DNA of 52,070 nucleotides from Rhizaria sp. SCN 62-66 (Eukaryota). A program made the translations under genes and the position numbers. The notes under the pieces were generated by a model. That model ran no database searches. It worked only from the letters and a program-made list of their open reading frames with translations, and had not been told where the DNA came from. The stretch covers positions 1 through 52,070 of the forward strand of contig MEDY01000211.1 of the NCBI GenBank assembly GCA_001724265.1. The letters run 5' to 3'. Position 1 is the first letter of the stretch. Every line of letters begins with the position of its first letter. This document shows, one piece after another, positions 21,839-33,797 of this stretch.

Positions 21839-23828
21839 GCAACAGCAGTGGCAGCATCAGCAGCCTCAACAGCCGCAGCCGCAGCAGATGACATGGCACC
21901 AGATGCTCTCCGCGTCTGCCGCCGCCTCGATGTCGCAGTCGTCCGCGCAGTCTCCCGCCCCGGGCGCCGCCGCCTCACTCGCGCACGCTGGGACCCCTGT
22001 CCCAGCCCAGCCTACCGCCAGCGGATCTCTCTTCGCATCCGCTTCTTCCCCTCCGTCGCGCCCGCGCTCCGCAGCCCCGCATGCGGCCAGCACCGCGCCC
22101 AGAGCGTCGCTGGTGCCCGCCGCGGCGACGCGCCCGCTCTCACGGCCCATGTCCCGCGCGCGCCACGCGGCCTCGCCCGCGCACACGCCGGCGGCCTCGC
22201 GCTCGCCCGCCGCGGGCCGTCCCAGCCGCTTGCAGACCGTCGCGCAAGGCCTCGCTCGCCGCGCGCTCGCCGGTCGCGCCGCGTCCCCCGCCGCGTGCGA
22301 TGGCGGGCACGACTTCGCGGCCTCCGCGCCCGCTTTCTCGCTCGGCGCGCTTAACAGCACACCCTCGCGCCGCGCGCGTCTGGCCGCTAACGTTGCCTCG
22401 CCGGGCAGTGAGGCCGCGCCCCGTGGTCGCCCGCGCCCGTCCGTATCAATGCACGCCGGCAACGCCGTGCTCGACACCGCCCCACCCAACGATGACGAGG
22501 ACGGCGGCTTTGGCGGCTACGGATACGGCCCCAGACCCACCGCGCGCGCCGCCGCAGCCGCGTACGAAGCCGAGCTGGGTGCGCTGCAGACGGCCTTCGA
22601 GACGGACACGGCGCCCGCGCCGTCGCCCTCGGCCTCGGTCGCGGGCGTGGGCTCGTACGCGCAGACGACGTCGGTGCAGCGCAGCCGGGCAGACGCTGTC
22701 CGCGCCTCGGCCGCGCACGGACCCGCTTACGCGCCTGTGCCCGCGCGGTCCGCGACACCCGCGCGCCGCAACGCTGCCGAGACCGCCGCGGCGACGGTCA
22801 AGCCCGACATTGCGGCCCGCAAGGCCGCGCGCAAGACCAAGGCCGACGACGCCGCCGCCGCGTACGAAGCGTACCAGCGCGACCAGTTCGCCGTGTCCGG
22901 CGCCGGTGCCGAGCTCTCTGACGGCGGCCCCGCGGACTCTGATGACTACGACGACGCTGCCGACGACGACTACAACAGTTCGCGCGCCGGCGGGCTCTCG
23001 CCGGGCTCCGTGCGCGGCGGCGTCGCGCCCCCCGGTCCCAGCGCCGGCCGCGACCGCGCGACCCGCGCCGCGGACCTGAGCGAGACGCTGGCGCTGTTCC
23101 AGGAGCGCGCGCATATGGACGACGCCGACGCCGCGTACGCCGAGGCGCTAGCCGCCGCCCGTAGCCTGCGCACACCGAAGGCCGGCGCGCAGGGCTTCCC
23201 CCGCGGCAGCCCCGCGCGGTCTGCCACCCGCGCCGACGCCGCACCCGTCTACTACAAACACAACGACGATGAAGACGACGATGACGAGTACGACGGTAAC
23301 GATGCTGCTGGTCATGCCGCGCGCCCTGGCTCGATCGCGCCCGGCTCGAGCGGCAGCGGCGATGCCTACGCGAGCAGCGGCGACGGACACCGCGCCGGCG
23401 CAGCCTCACCCCCCGTGAGCCGCGTCGCTGGCCACCCATTCACCCCGCGCGGCGCCAGTGCGGCTCCCGTCTTTGCTGCGCATGCGTCGGTCAATGTGAC
23501 CACACAGAGTGCCGGTGATGACGACGGCAACGACAACGGTGAAGATGACGAGGAAGAGCTGGTGCCGCCGCCGTTCGCGGCTGACGACAGCGCCGTCGAG
23601 CACAGCCTCGAGGGAGGCGTGATCGGCGGCGGCATCGGCGGCGACGACGGCTTTGGCTACGGGTATGGCGACGACGACGCGGCTGCGCACGGGGCGAACT
23701 TGATGTTCCCGGACGCGCCAGAGACCGGCGACGCGGGCCACCGTGAGCATCGCCGCAGCAGCGCCGGCGCAGGCGAGGATGAGGGCGATGAACTGAACCT
23801 TGACCTGAACTTCTCTGACGAACTGTGA
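21696..23828 (+). CDS. Low-complexity acidic/Ala-rich extension (710 codons in the -1 frame; first ATG at 21732)
   Basis: Long open frame with coding-like GC3 bias. Its first ATG is only 32 nt after the upstream stop and there is no AT-rich spacer, so it is probably part of the same gene. Confidence 0.75.
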
Positions 23829-24376
23829 TGCTCTCGCACGTAGAAACGTTTGCCCCGTGACTATACCAGTGTTCTGTCGGCCGTTGCAGGACACACTCCA
23901 CTTAACCTATGTAAGGCTGATCGGCACAGTGCACGTTGATGCCGAGATGTTCTTAACACAAACACTACACTTCTTTTCTCAAAACCCAGCTTTATTTTTC
24001 AACCGTTTTCACTCTTCGCGTTATTATTTTGTTTCTTCTTTTGTCTTTTCCCGTTTGACGATGTGTTGTTTTGCAGTGAGTATTCTTGTGATCCTGCAAA
24101 ACAATAGGTACACGTAGTTTTCTCGTGTCATCCCATTTCGCCAGTAGTATTTTTATGTTCGTATGGTAACGTTCTGTGTTCATAAACCTAACAATACACG
24201 CTATTTTATTTTTAGCAATCTCGTTTTATGTTGTTTCAACCATGCAAGTTTCATTTTTTATAAATAAAAATCTATGTATTGAATCGAGTCACAACTGCAA
24301 TATAATTTCGCATCACGCTCAATAAAGCTAGATAAACATACTTCTAAGGATACTCCACCATTTGGTCATCGCGCAT

Positions 24377-27300
24377 TTACGCGTGGAGCGGTGGCGGCGG
24401 GACCCAGCCGCCGACCTGGCTGTGAATCGCGAGCGCGGCGGCGATCGTGACACCGTCGCAGCCAAAGGCGGAGACGACCTGCACGCCGGTGGGCAGTAGG
24501 CGCACGCCAGGCGTCACGTGGTGCTGCGGAACCGAATGCACCGCGGGTAGCGCCTCCACGGGGCCCGCCACCGACGGGCTGGTCAGACCGGCCGCCGCGT
24601 GCGCCGTGCACGCGCATACGCACTCGGCGGCGTGCGACGCGGCGCCGTTGGCGGCCGTGGAGACCGCGACGGCGATGTCGTCGTCGCCGGGAATTAGCCC
24701 CACTGCCTGCGCGGCTGCGGACGCCGCGGCGGCAAGCACGTGCAGAGCCTGCGCCCAGACTGTGTGCCCGCGCGCGGCGTCGTGCGCGACGGCCTTCAGC
24801 GCGAGCACGCCCGCCGCGGCGCCGGCGCGCAGGAAGCCCCACGCGACGGCCACGGCGTCCACGGCGCGGTCGCCCAGCGTCGGCGTCGACGGCGGCGGCG
24901 CGGCGCGAACCGCGCCCGCAGGCAACACGCTGCGCTCGCCGGGCACCGCGAGCCGCAGCGAGGCGACGGGTGGGCCCGTCGGCGGCGACGGCGTCGGCGG
25001 CAGCGCGGGTGCGCCGTCGGGCTGTGCGAGCGTGGCAAGCGCGCGGCGGCCGCCAGTGCCGCGCGGCAGCATGCGCAGGAAGGTCGACACGGCGGCGCGC
25101 GCCAGGACACCCGCGCCGCTGCCGAGCCCGCGGCCCGCGAAGGCCGGGCCGGCCGGGTGGCGCTGGCGCTGCGTGGGCACGAAGCCTGGGCACGACTCGG
25201 CCGCAACCGCCGCCGCGGGGCCCGTCGCGGGCGCAAGGTAGCGGGCCGCCGCGGAGGACATCACGGCGGGCGACGCGACGACCTTAGCCGAGTCGGCCGC
25301 GCCACAGGGCCCCATGGCGCAGGCGCAGCGGCACGCGGGCCCGCAGCCGCCCTGCGTTGGCGCCGCCGAGGCCCCCACTGCGGGACTGCGGCCTGCGGCG
25401 GCCGCGAGCGCGTCAGCGCGCGACGTGAGCGTTTGGCTGTCGGAGCGGTAGTCGTACCAGCGCGACGTGGGGTAGTAGCCGTCGCGGCAAACGTCGAGGC
25501 CCATCGGCACCGACGTCACCGGCAGCTGCAGCGCGTTGAAAATGGCCGTGTAGACAACGTTGAAGGGCGTGAAGTACGGCAGCGTGTGCCGCGGCGCCAG
25601 CACCGGGTGCGGCGGCAGCACCAGCACGGCGGGGCCCGGCGCAGCGGCCGCGTTGCCAGCGCCGGTGACCGAGGGCGGGCTGGAGAGCGCGGAGTGCAGC
25701 ACAGCGGCGACGGCGCGGGCCTTTTCCTGGCCGCGGCGGCGCAGCGCGGGCACGGCCTCCGACAGCGCCTCGACGAGGCTCAACAGCAGCGCGGGGACCG
25801 TGTGCGGCGTCAGCGACGGCGCGAGCGCGCAAAGCACAACGTGCAGGAAGATGTACAGCGTGACAACGACCTCGTACGCAATGCGCGTGGGGAGCGAGCG
25901 GGTCGGGGCGCGGGGAACCGTCATCGGCACGGCACACGCGTTTGCAGTGTCTTTGCCGGCGAGCGCGGCTGCACGCGCGCGGGCCGCAAAGACGTCGGGG
26001 ATGCGGTGCACAGTGAAGCATGACCTCAGCAGCAGTTGGAGCTGGAACACGAGCCAAACGAGTGCGCGCGTAACCAACCACGCGTCGGACAGCAGGTACA
26101 GCTGCAGGCGCGCTGCGAACAGACGCCGCAGTGCCGATTGCTTCTCCGCGCGCGCGGCCTCGGCGCCGGCATCGACAGCGGCGGCGGGCGTGGCGGCGGT
26201 GGCCACGGGGGCCTCGGCGTCGGGGTCGACGCAGTCCTGCAGCAGCAGGTCGCGGAACGCGGGCCCGCCGGCGCCCGACACGCACGCAGACCAGATGTCG
26301 AAGCCCGCCGACAGCGGCGGCAGCGGCAGCGCGTGCACGTTGGCGGCCGGCACGCCCGCACGGCGCAGCGCGGCGACGGCGCGCAGCACGGCCGCCTGCG
26401 CCGCGGGCTCGGCCGCCTGGCTCAAGCACTCGCTCGGCTCGTCCGTGCCGTCGCGCCCACCGCCGTCCACAGCAGCCCTGACCTCGGTGTCCGAGGAGAC
26501 GAGGCCAAGAAACTGCGCGCGGCGCAGCAGCCAGCGCGGCCAGCCCCAGCGCTCCGCGACGGGCGGCAGCGTGGGCAGGTAGTAGACCGTGAGCCGCGAC
26601 AGGTCCACGGCCGCGGGCGGCGCGCCGCAGAAGGGCGCCGGCACCGCGGGGCGCACGGCGCACGACGCCAGCAGCGCGGGCGGCACGGCGGCCGCGGCTG
26701 CAGGGCCAGACAGCTGCGTAGCCGCGGTCACCAGCGCGAAGCTATCATCGTGGCCAGTCGCAGTGGTCGCAGTGGCCACCGTGACGTCGCTCGGAACAGC
26801 GGAGAGCTCAGCCCCCGCGGGGACAGGCTCGGTGGCGCGGACGAAAGCGGTGGGTTTGGACGCAGCCGCGGTAGACTCCCCGCCGGCGAGTGCGGGCACA
26901 GGCAGTCCGAGCATTGCGGCGACGGCGGCCAGCAGTGCGCGGTCGACGTGGACCGGGACCATGACGCTGCTGTCGCTGGAGCGCGCGGTGGAACACATGG
27001 CGCGGTACTCGAGCAGCAGCTCGTCGGTCTCGCTCTCACTTTCACTTATCGCCACAGCGACTGCAGTGTCCACGTGGGGCGCCGTGGAGGCCGAGATGAG
27101 TCCGCCCGCGGTGGTGTCGGGCGCGTCGGCGTCGGCATCGGTGATGCGCGCACCTGCGGCCGGACCGGTCAGCAGCACGTCGTCGACAAAGGCATCGGCG
27201 GCCAGCACACGCTTCACCGCGACCGCAGTCGCGGCATCGGCGCCGGAGCCAATGTTTAGCTCGCGCAGCGCGGCCACGAGCGCAGCGCCCTCCGCGACGG

Positions 27301-29542
27301 CCGCGGTCTCGGCCGCAGCGGCGGCGGACGCGGCGGGAGCGAAGGCAGCGGCGCGGGCAGCGGCGCGCAGGCGCAGTAGCGAGAGCAGCTCTGTGCTCGA
27401 GATGCCGTGCGGGCCGGCCAGCGCGAGGTCGGAGCCGGCGTTGCTGCTGAAGCCGATGGCGTCCTCGCCGTCGTCCTCGGTCGCGGGGGCGGTCGTGCGC
27501 CACACCCAGGGCTGCTCCACAAGCAGCGACGTGTGCGCTGCAGTGTCGCTGCAGGCCTCTGTCGCAGAGATCGCCGGGGTGGCAACTGCAGTCGAGGCCG
27601 CAGTTGCAGCAGAGCGCACAGCGTTGCGCTCGCGCACGCCGTCCTCATTGCTTTTGCTCTCAGCGCCCGCTTCGTCTTCGTCCGTGCGCGCAGCTGTGCT
27701 CGCGGCGCGTGCGCGCGATGCCTTGCTGTGCGCCGCGCGCGCGGTGAGTGCGGCGAGGTCGTCCGGGAAATCGGCCGGGTCCGCGAAGCCCAGCATCGCG
27801 GCCGCCTTGGCGGAGATGCCGCCGCGCGCCGCTCTCCCCGCCGCCGCCATGGCGCCCGCGCGGGGCTGGCCGGCAGCGGCGGCGACTGCGCGGCCCGCGG
27901 GGAGCACGGGCAGCGTGGTGACGTGGCGCGCGGACCGCGGCAGCGCCATCGGGTCCGCCTCGATGCCGCCCGCGACCGTGGCCACCGTGGCGCTGCGGCC
28001 GCCTGAGCACCCAGCCGACGGCCCAGTGGGCAGCGCAACGGTGGCGAAGGAAGTGGGCAGAGGCGCGCCGCGGATGGCGAGCAGCGCGGGCCACAGGTCC
28101 GCGGGATGGCGCACGATGGGGCCCGTCTGGCAGATGCGGTCGGTCTCGCCGGTCAGCGGCCACGCAACAGCGTCGACGTCACCAGCAGAGTCAAAGTCGA
28201 CGGCGCCAACGCCTACGCCAGAGTTGTGTGAGTGCGAGTACGAGTACGCGGTGACGTCGGCGGCGGCCGAGGGCGGCCATTGGCCCCTGTTGGACGTGAC
28301 GCCGCCAGAGGGCTTGTGGCCGTAGAGGCCGGTGAAGAAGCAGGGCATGCGGATGGAACCGCCGACGTCGGAACCCATGGACAGCGGCGAGGCCAGCGCG
28401 GCGACGAGCGCGGCTTCGCCGCCCGAGGACCCACCCGGCGTGCGCGCGAGATCGTAGGGGTTTGCCGTGCGCCCGTAGACGCGGTTCTGCGACTCCATCC
28501 ACATGCACAGCTCCGAAGTGTTGCTCACGCCCAGCAACACGAGTCCGCTGCGCCGCAGCCGCGCCACGGCCGGAGACGTCACCAGCGACACGCCGCGCAC
28601 CGCGTTGGTCGGCGCTGCGGCCACGAGAGAGGGCGCGGGGCGCTCGAAGGCGACGCCGCCCGCGCTGCCAGGGGTCACCAGCGCGACGGGCAGCGCGTCG
28701 GCGGCGATGGCGGCCTCAAAGCCCGTGGTGAGAATGCCTTCGGTGTCGCAGGCCGCGGCCGGCAGCGCGCGCGGCACGGCGGCGCCCGTGAGCGCCCAGG
28801 CCGGCGGCGCGAAAGGGTCCGCGTTCGCGGCCGGGTGTGCCGCATTGCGCCGGGTCAGTGTCGCCGCGTGCACGGCGGCGTCGGCGCGCGCGCGCAAGGC
28901 CGAGGCGTCGGCCTGGTCTGCGGCGGCAGTCAGCAGCGCGGTGGGCGCGCGTGAGAGCAGCCCCGAAGTGTTGGGCAATCCGGCGACGGCGAAGCACTCC
29001 TTGGTGGTGAAGGGCACGCCGAGGAACGGCGGCGGCTGCGACACGGCTAGCACGAGGTCGGCGGGCAACACACGCGGCGGACACATCGAGCCCAGTGCCG
29101 GGCAATGCTCCGACAGCATTGCGGCACGCACGCGCGCAGCAGCAGCGCGACGGCGGCGAAGATATTCGTCGATCGCAGCGGCACGGGCAAGCGCATCGTC
29201 GAAGCAGTCCGCCACAAGCGCGTTAAGAGCATGATTGACGGCGCGAATCTGGGTGATGTGCGCAGAGACCACAGCAGTTGACGTCGTAATGTTGTGGCGA
29301 ATGCGCTGCGCCAGCTCCGTCGCGGAGCATTGCAGGTCCGCGTTCACTTCACGGTGCACGTAGTACGAGAGGTTCTGCAACGGGGCCAACTCCAGGCGCG
29401 AATTGAAGAACTGTTGAAGAACAACAAAGCCAATCGTAACTGAAACAAACGGAACTAGGAACGGAAGGCTCCATACTGTCTGGATATCAAACAGAAGCCA
29501 CGCTAGGAACGCAGTTGCGCCCACGGCGACCATGTGCATCAT
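24377..29542 (-). CDS. Amidase signature family protein, FAAH2-like, 1,721 aa with large low-complexity inserts
   Basis: N-terminal hydrophobic segment. PFLGVPFTTKE (catalytic Lys), GVSNTSELCMWMES, GRTANPYDLARTPGGSSGGEAA, GSDVGGSIRMP (Ser-cisSer-Lys triad), GLYGHKPS, YTAIFNALQLPVTSVPMGL, LPTGVQVV, GGWVPP. First ATG is at 29542 (the ORF track starts at a TTG). Confidence 0.92.
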   Translation of the reverse strand: MMHMVAVGATAFLAWLLFDIQTVWSLPFLVPFVSVTIGFVVLQQFFNSRLELAPLQNLSYYVHREVNADLQCSATELAQRIRHNITTSTAVVSAHITQIRAVNHALNALVADCFDDALARAAAIDEYLRRRRAAAARVRAAMLSEHCPALGSMCPPRVLPADLVLAVSQPPPFLGVPFTTKECFAVAGLPNTSGLLSRAPTALLTAAADQADASALRARADAAVHAATLTRRNAAHPAANADPFAPPAWALTGAAVPRALPAAACDTEGILTTGFEAAIAADALPVALVTPGSAGGVAFERPAPSLVAAAPTNAVRGVSLVTSPAVARLRRSGLVLLGVSNTSELCMWMESQNRVYGRTANPYDLARTPGGSSGGEAALVAALASPLSMGSDVGGSIRMPCFFTGLYGHKPSGGVTSNRGQWPPSAAADVTAYSYSHSHNSGVGVGAVDFDSAGDVDAVAWPLTGETDRICQTGPIVRHPADLWPALLAIRGAPLPTSFATVALPTGPSAGCSGGRSATVATVAGGIEADPMALPRSARHVTTLPVLPAGRAVAAAAGQPRAGAMAAAGRAARGGISAKAAAMLGFADPADFPDDLAALTARAAHSKASRARAASTAARTDEDEAGAESKSNEDGVRERNAVRSAATAASTAVATPAISATEACSDTAAHTSLLVEQPWVWRTTAPATEDDGEDAIGFSSNAGSDLALAGPHGISSTELLSLLRLRAAARAAAFAPAASAAAAAETAAVAEGAALVAALRELNIGSGADAATAVAVKRVLAADAFVDDVLLTGPAAGARITDADADAPDTTAGGLISASTAPHVDTAVAVAISESESETDELLLEYRAMCSTARSSDSSVMVPVHVDRALLAAVAAMLGLPVPALAGGESTAAASKPTAFVRATEPVPAGAELSAVPSDVTVATATTATGHDDSFALVTAATQLSGPAAAAAVPPALLASCAVRPAVPAPFCGAPPAAVDLSRLTVYYLPTLPPVAERWGWPRWLLRRAQFLGLVSSDTEVRAAVDGGGRDGTDEPSECLSQAAEPAAQAAVLRAVAALRRAGVPAANVHALPLPPLSAGFDIWSACVSGAGGPAFRDLLLQDCVDPDAEAPVATAATPAAAVDAGAEAARAEKQSALRRLFAARLQLYLLSDAWLVTRALVWLVFQLQLLLRSCFTVHRIPDVFAARARAAALAGKDTANACAVPMTVPRAPTRSLPTRIAYEVVVTLYIFLHVVLCALAPSLTPHTVPALLLSLVEALSEAVPALRRRGQEKARAVAAVLHSALSSPPSVTGAGNAAAAPGPAVLVLPPHPVLAPRHTLPYFTPFNVVYTAIFNALQLPVTSVPMGLDVCRDGYYPTSRWYDYRSDSQTLTSRADALAAAAGRSPAVGASAAPTQGGCGPACRCACAMGPCGAADSAKVVASPAVMSSAAARYLAPATGPAAAVAAESCPGFVPTQRQRHPAGPAFAGRGLGSGAGVLARAAVSTFLRMLPRGTGGRRALATLAQPDGAPALPPTPSPPTGPPVASLRLAVPGERSVLPAGAVRAAPPPSTPTLGDRAVDAVAVAWGFLRAGAAAGVLALKAVAHDAARGHTVWAQALHVLAAAASAAAQAVGLIPGDDDIAVAVSTAANGAASHAAECVCACTAHAAAGLTSPSVAGPVEALPAVHSVPQHHVTPGVRLLPTGVQVVSAFGCDGVTIAAALAIHSQVGGWVPPPPLHA

Positions 29543-30048
29543 CGTTGGAAGCCGCAATCGTAGGCAATGTGCCTAAGTACCTAGATCGTATCTGGTCGCG
29601 TAGATATTTAAACACAAGAGACAGTAGACATGTAAAAAATAGAGAAATGGTACATATCTAATACCAGTCGAGTGTGGATAACGATACACTTCCTTAAAGT
29701 TACTCGTTATTGGCCTGATGACGGAACTCGCTCACAGTCGTTTTGACAGGAGACCGACAGGCGTGGTGTCGGTTATTCGCAAGCTCGGCTTTCGATGAGT
29801 ATTTCACACCGAATCCCTCGTAAAAGTGTACTTGCGCCGTAATATATTCGTCAAACTTGCGGATTTTATTTAGTCATTAATGAAACATTTGCATTATTTG
29901 TGCTTATAGCTTCTTCTGCTCATTGCTCAATTTCACGAAACGCCCTCCCTCCCTTGGTTTCCAGACTCATCAAAGCTACCTGTTACGCATATTAAGGACT
30001 GACAATAAGCACTGACAACACAACACCCCTGGTGTTCTACCGCACAGA

Positions 30049-33000
30049 ATGGCTACCGCAGCGCAGAGCATGCCCGGCTTCTCGGCGACGGGTGCTTTCG
30101 GTTCGACGCAGCGCTCTCTGGCAACGACTCAGCCGTCTGGCTCGCTTCAGCCGCCGCCCCAACACACGTTCACACCCATCTCGGCTACAACGGCTTCCGC
30201 GACTGATTCGCAGGACTTTGTCATAGGCCGCACGGCCCTACTGACGACCCGTCTGAAGTCGCCCTCATCCGCGCGATCTTCGCAGCCCTCAAGCGTGCGC
30301 GTTGCTTGGGCCCCCACACTACCCCCACCCACAGTGGCGCCGCACCCGCTCTCCACTTCCTCCAACGTCTCGCGCTTCTCGCAGTCGGGACCTATTCGTC
30401 TGCTTCCCTCCGTTGCCCAGGCCGCTAACCGCGGGCCCGCCGCGTCGTCATCCTCGGCGTCGGCCGCCAACACCAACGCCGCTGCAGCCCCCGAGGCGCG
30501 TCCCTGGACCGCGCGCGACTCCGTGCTCGTCGCACCGTCGAGCGAAGCTCGGCAGCGGCGCTACGGCAGCGCTACGCTCTCGCGGCTTGACGGCCACAAG
30601 GTGCGCGACCTGGCGCAGTCGCACGCGCTGCGCACGGCCACCTCGCGCGCTGCCGTGGTCGACTCCGCGGCCGCCGCGGGTCTCTATGCGCCCGCGCCCG
30701 CGACGCGCCTCGACGCGCCGGCCGCGGGCGACTAGGCCGCAGCGGCCGCCGCGCTGGTGACGCTCTCGGACCCGCGCGCGGTGGGCCAGGCGGCGCAGGT
30801 GCCGCGGTACCTCTCAGACGTGTGGCTGGCGAACCGGCAGACGGAGGCGTCTGCGGAGCGGTTGCGCAAGCACACGGCGCACCTCGTTGCCGAATGGTCC
30901 GCCGGGCTCGCGCGCTTCGACGAAGAGGTCACGCGTCGCCAGGAGGTCAACGCGCACACCAAGCCGCGCCTCGCGTGGCGCGGGCCCGCGCTCGCGGCCG
31001 TGCAGCCGCAGGCGGTGCTCCAAGCGCAGCTCGCCGTCTCGCACAGCGCCACTGCCGCGGGGCCGCGCGGACTCGCCGTGCCCGCCAGCGCCGGCGACAG
31101 TGCGCTGCCCTGGGCGCTGCGTGCGGCCGCGGGGCCCGGCGGCGTGGCGGCCCCCGCCGAGATCGCGCGCTACCACACCAGCGACGCGTGGTCAGCCACC
31201 GTGACGGAGCAGCCGCGCCGCGGCAAGAAACCCGCCGCGACGACGGTGCAGCTCGAGCATTGGCAGCAGATGCAGACGCAGCCCGCGCCGCTGCCCGCGC
31301 CGCCCGCGATGGGCACGCAGGCGCCGCCCGGCAGCCGCGGCGGCAAGCGCGCTGTGGCCGCCGCCGAGGCCGCCGCAGCCGCCGCCGCCTCGGCGCCCGT
31401 AACGTCGAGCACGCTCGTCAACGCCACGCCCAGCGCGCTGACGGCCGTGCCCGCGTCGCTGCGGTCCCCGCTGGCGCCACCGCCGATGCCGACGGCGCTG
31501 GATGTGGTCAAGCTGCAGGCGCAGCAGCAGCTCGCCTTCCGGGCCCGCATCCAAGCCTCGTCGCGCATCGGCTCCGCGCCCGCGTCCCTGTCCGCGCCTG
31601 CTTCCGACGGCGGCGCCGACGAGCTCTCTACGCTTATCTCCCACCCGTCAGCGAGCGCTGGCGCCGCCGCGGCAGCGGCTCCGGCTGCGCAGCCCGTGTC
31701 TGGCTTCTCGCTCTCCGCGTACCGCCCCCTGGCGGCCTCGGCGTCGCTGTCGCACTCGCTCGCGCAGCCCGCGCTGACGGCCTACGACGCGCGCGCATGC
31801 TCCGTTGCGCGCCCCGCCGGCGGCAGCTACGCGCTGGCGCCCGCTGTGGACGCGTCGATCACCGCCGCGCTGGCCGCCGCGCCGCCAGGCGCCGCGGGTG
31901 CGCTGTCTCCGGCCGAGGAGCGCGCGCTTGACGCCGCGCGCCTGGTGACGCAGCCTGACGCTGCGACGCGCTCGCCCACCAAGCGCGCGTCGCTGATGCA
32001 GCCCGCGCCGGCGGGCTCCACGGCGGCGTTCCTGCGGCCGCCCGTGGCCGAGGCCGGTGCGCGCGAGTCGCCGCACTTCGATCCCTACACAGACGAGCTG
32101 CCCGTGCCATCCCCGATGCACGGCGCCACGGGCTCGGCAGGCCCCGCGTCTGTGCGCGCCGGCCACGCGCGCAGCCCCGCCGCCGCGGGCACTGGCAAGC
32201 CGCGCACGGCCTTCACCTTCAGCGCAGTCGGCGGCGCGCACGGAGAGCAATCGGCTTCGGCCGCGGCGCTCAACGCCGCCGCCGCTGCACACCAGGAGGC
32301 CGAGCTCGCGGCGCCCGCGGTGCCCGAGGCGCTGCGCACGGCCGTGCTGAACCAGGTCGCTGCGCCGCCCGCGGGCGTGCGTACGCTCCCTGGCTCCTTC
32401 GCGGGCCTCTCGCTCGCCCCCGTGTCCGCCTCGGGCGCGGAATCACAGCAGCAGCAACAGCAGCAGCCGCAGCTCGTGCCCGCGGGCCGCGCGGCACCGC
32501 TACTGGGCGTCAAGACCATCGTGTTGGAGAGCGTGCCCCCGCCCCCGACGGCCGCCGAGGTGGCCGAGGCCGCCAAGAAGGCCGCTGCGGCGCGCAGCCG
32601 CTTCCCGGGCTCTGGCGGCGGCAGCGCCGCGTCGCGCCGCGGTCAGCCCGCGCCCGCGCCGCCGGCGATGCAGAACACGTATGTGGCTGGCGGCGTCAAC
32701 AACGCGCTGGTGCTGCCCCCGCCCGTTGCGTACCAGCTCCCCGCGGGCGCCGTGCAGCCCGCAGGCGTGCAGCGCATCGTGCCTGCGCCCGCGGCCGCCG
32801 CCGCCGCTGCCACTGCGGCGCCCGCGGCCGCCGCCTCCTCGGCCTCAGCGCCCGCTGCACCCGCTGGCTCTATAGCGGTGCCGCGTGCGGCGACGGTGAA
32901 CGAGTTCGCGACGCAGGCACCGCAGCCGACGGCGCATCTGTACTCGATCGCGCATGAGCCGCTGCCCAAGATGACCGTGGGTGCGGGCAAGCTGCGCGCC

Positions 33001-33318
33001 CAGGTTCCCGTGATGACGAGCGGCAGCGCGCTGAGCACGCAGCCCGACGCGGCGCGGGCGAACCTGGCGCGCGCTGCGGCGCACGTGGTGCGCAAGCACG
33101 ATCTGCTCGAGGTCGAGGTGATCAAGACGACACTGGCGCAGAACAACGTCAGCGTCCCCACGAGCACGCTCGAGCGTGCGCTGGTGGCGCCCATGGTGAC
33201 CGTGCCGGACCAGGCGCGCAACGTGTTCCTGCCGCCCATGACGACGCTCGTGGCCAACCCCTACGCGCCTGTCGCGGCCAAGAAGACCAAGCGTAAGACT
33301 GCCGCCAAGAAGCAGTGA
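30049..33318 (+). CDS. Uncharacterised protein, single 1,089-codon frame interrupted by one in-frame TAG (30733-30735)
   Basis: ORFs 30049..30735 and 30757..33318 share a frame and codon-like GC-rich sequence continues across GAC TAG GCC GCA. Globular-looking blocks (YLSDVWLANRQ...EWSAGLARFDEEVTRRQE; HDLLEVEVIKTTLA...LERALVAP...NPY) and a basic tail lie downstream of the TAG. Confidence 0.7.
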
Positions 33319-33797
33319 ACGCGCGCTGAACTTGCGCATACAATGTGTATGAACTAGAATTAGAAGAGAGTAGGTTCTCCTTGTGTGTAACAAGCGTAGA
33401 CCTGAGATGCAACGAGTACGCAAGATGCATTACTCATATGAAAAAAACCTGTCAGGGTAACACACTGCGTGTTCCGGACGAATGTGTGGCCGTTTGATTG
33501 GCCAATTTCAGAATAAACAATGTGGTTATTTTTACAAAGCGCTCAGATGATCAGTTCGATGATTTTTATCCAGTATAGCGTCTGACATGTCACATTTTGA
33601 AGTTAAAGGAGCGCAAAATGTTGATTTGTGGTTGGAACTAGGGTAATGCAATTTCCACGGTCTTTGTTTGGTTCGAAGTTCGCCGCCCTCTCATCGATAG
33701 CGCCAAAACTTACGAAGAATTGTCCCGACTCTCAGAACGCGCACACTTTGCTGGTAATCCGTATCTGAATAGTTGACTGCATTGTCCTCTTTATAAG

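Noticed and set aside
18763-23828. Retrotransposon gag-pol explanation for the frameshift
   Set aside because: No CCHC knuckle, protease, RT or integrase motifs and no LTRs were seen; the second ORF is low complexity.
29607-29613. Second TTTAAAC heptamer
   Set aside because: It lies in an AT-rich intergenic spacer with no ORF to shift between.
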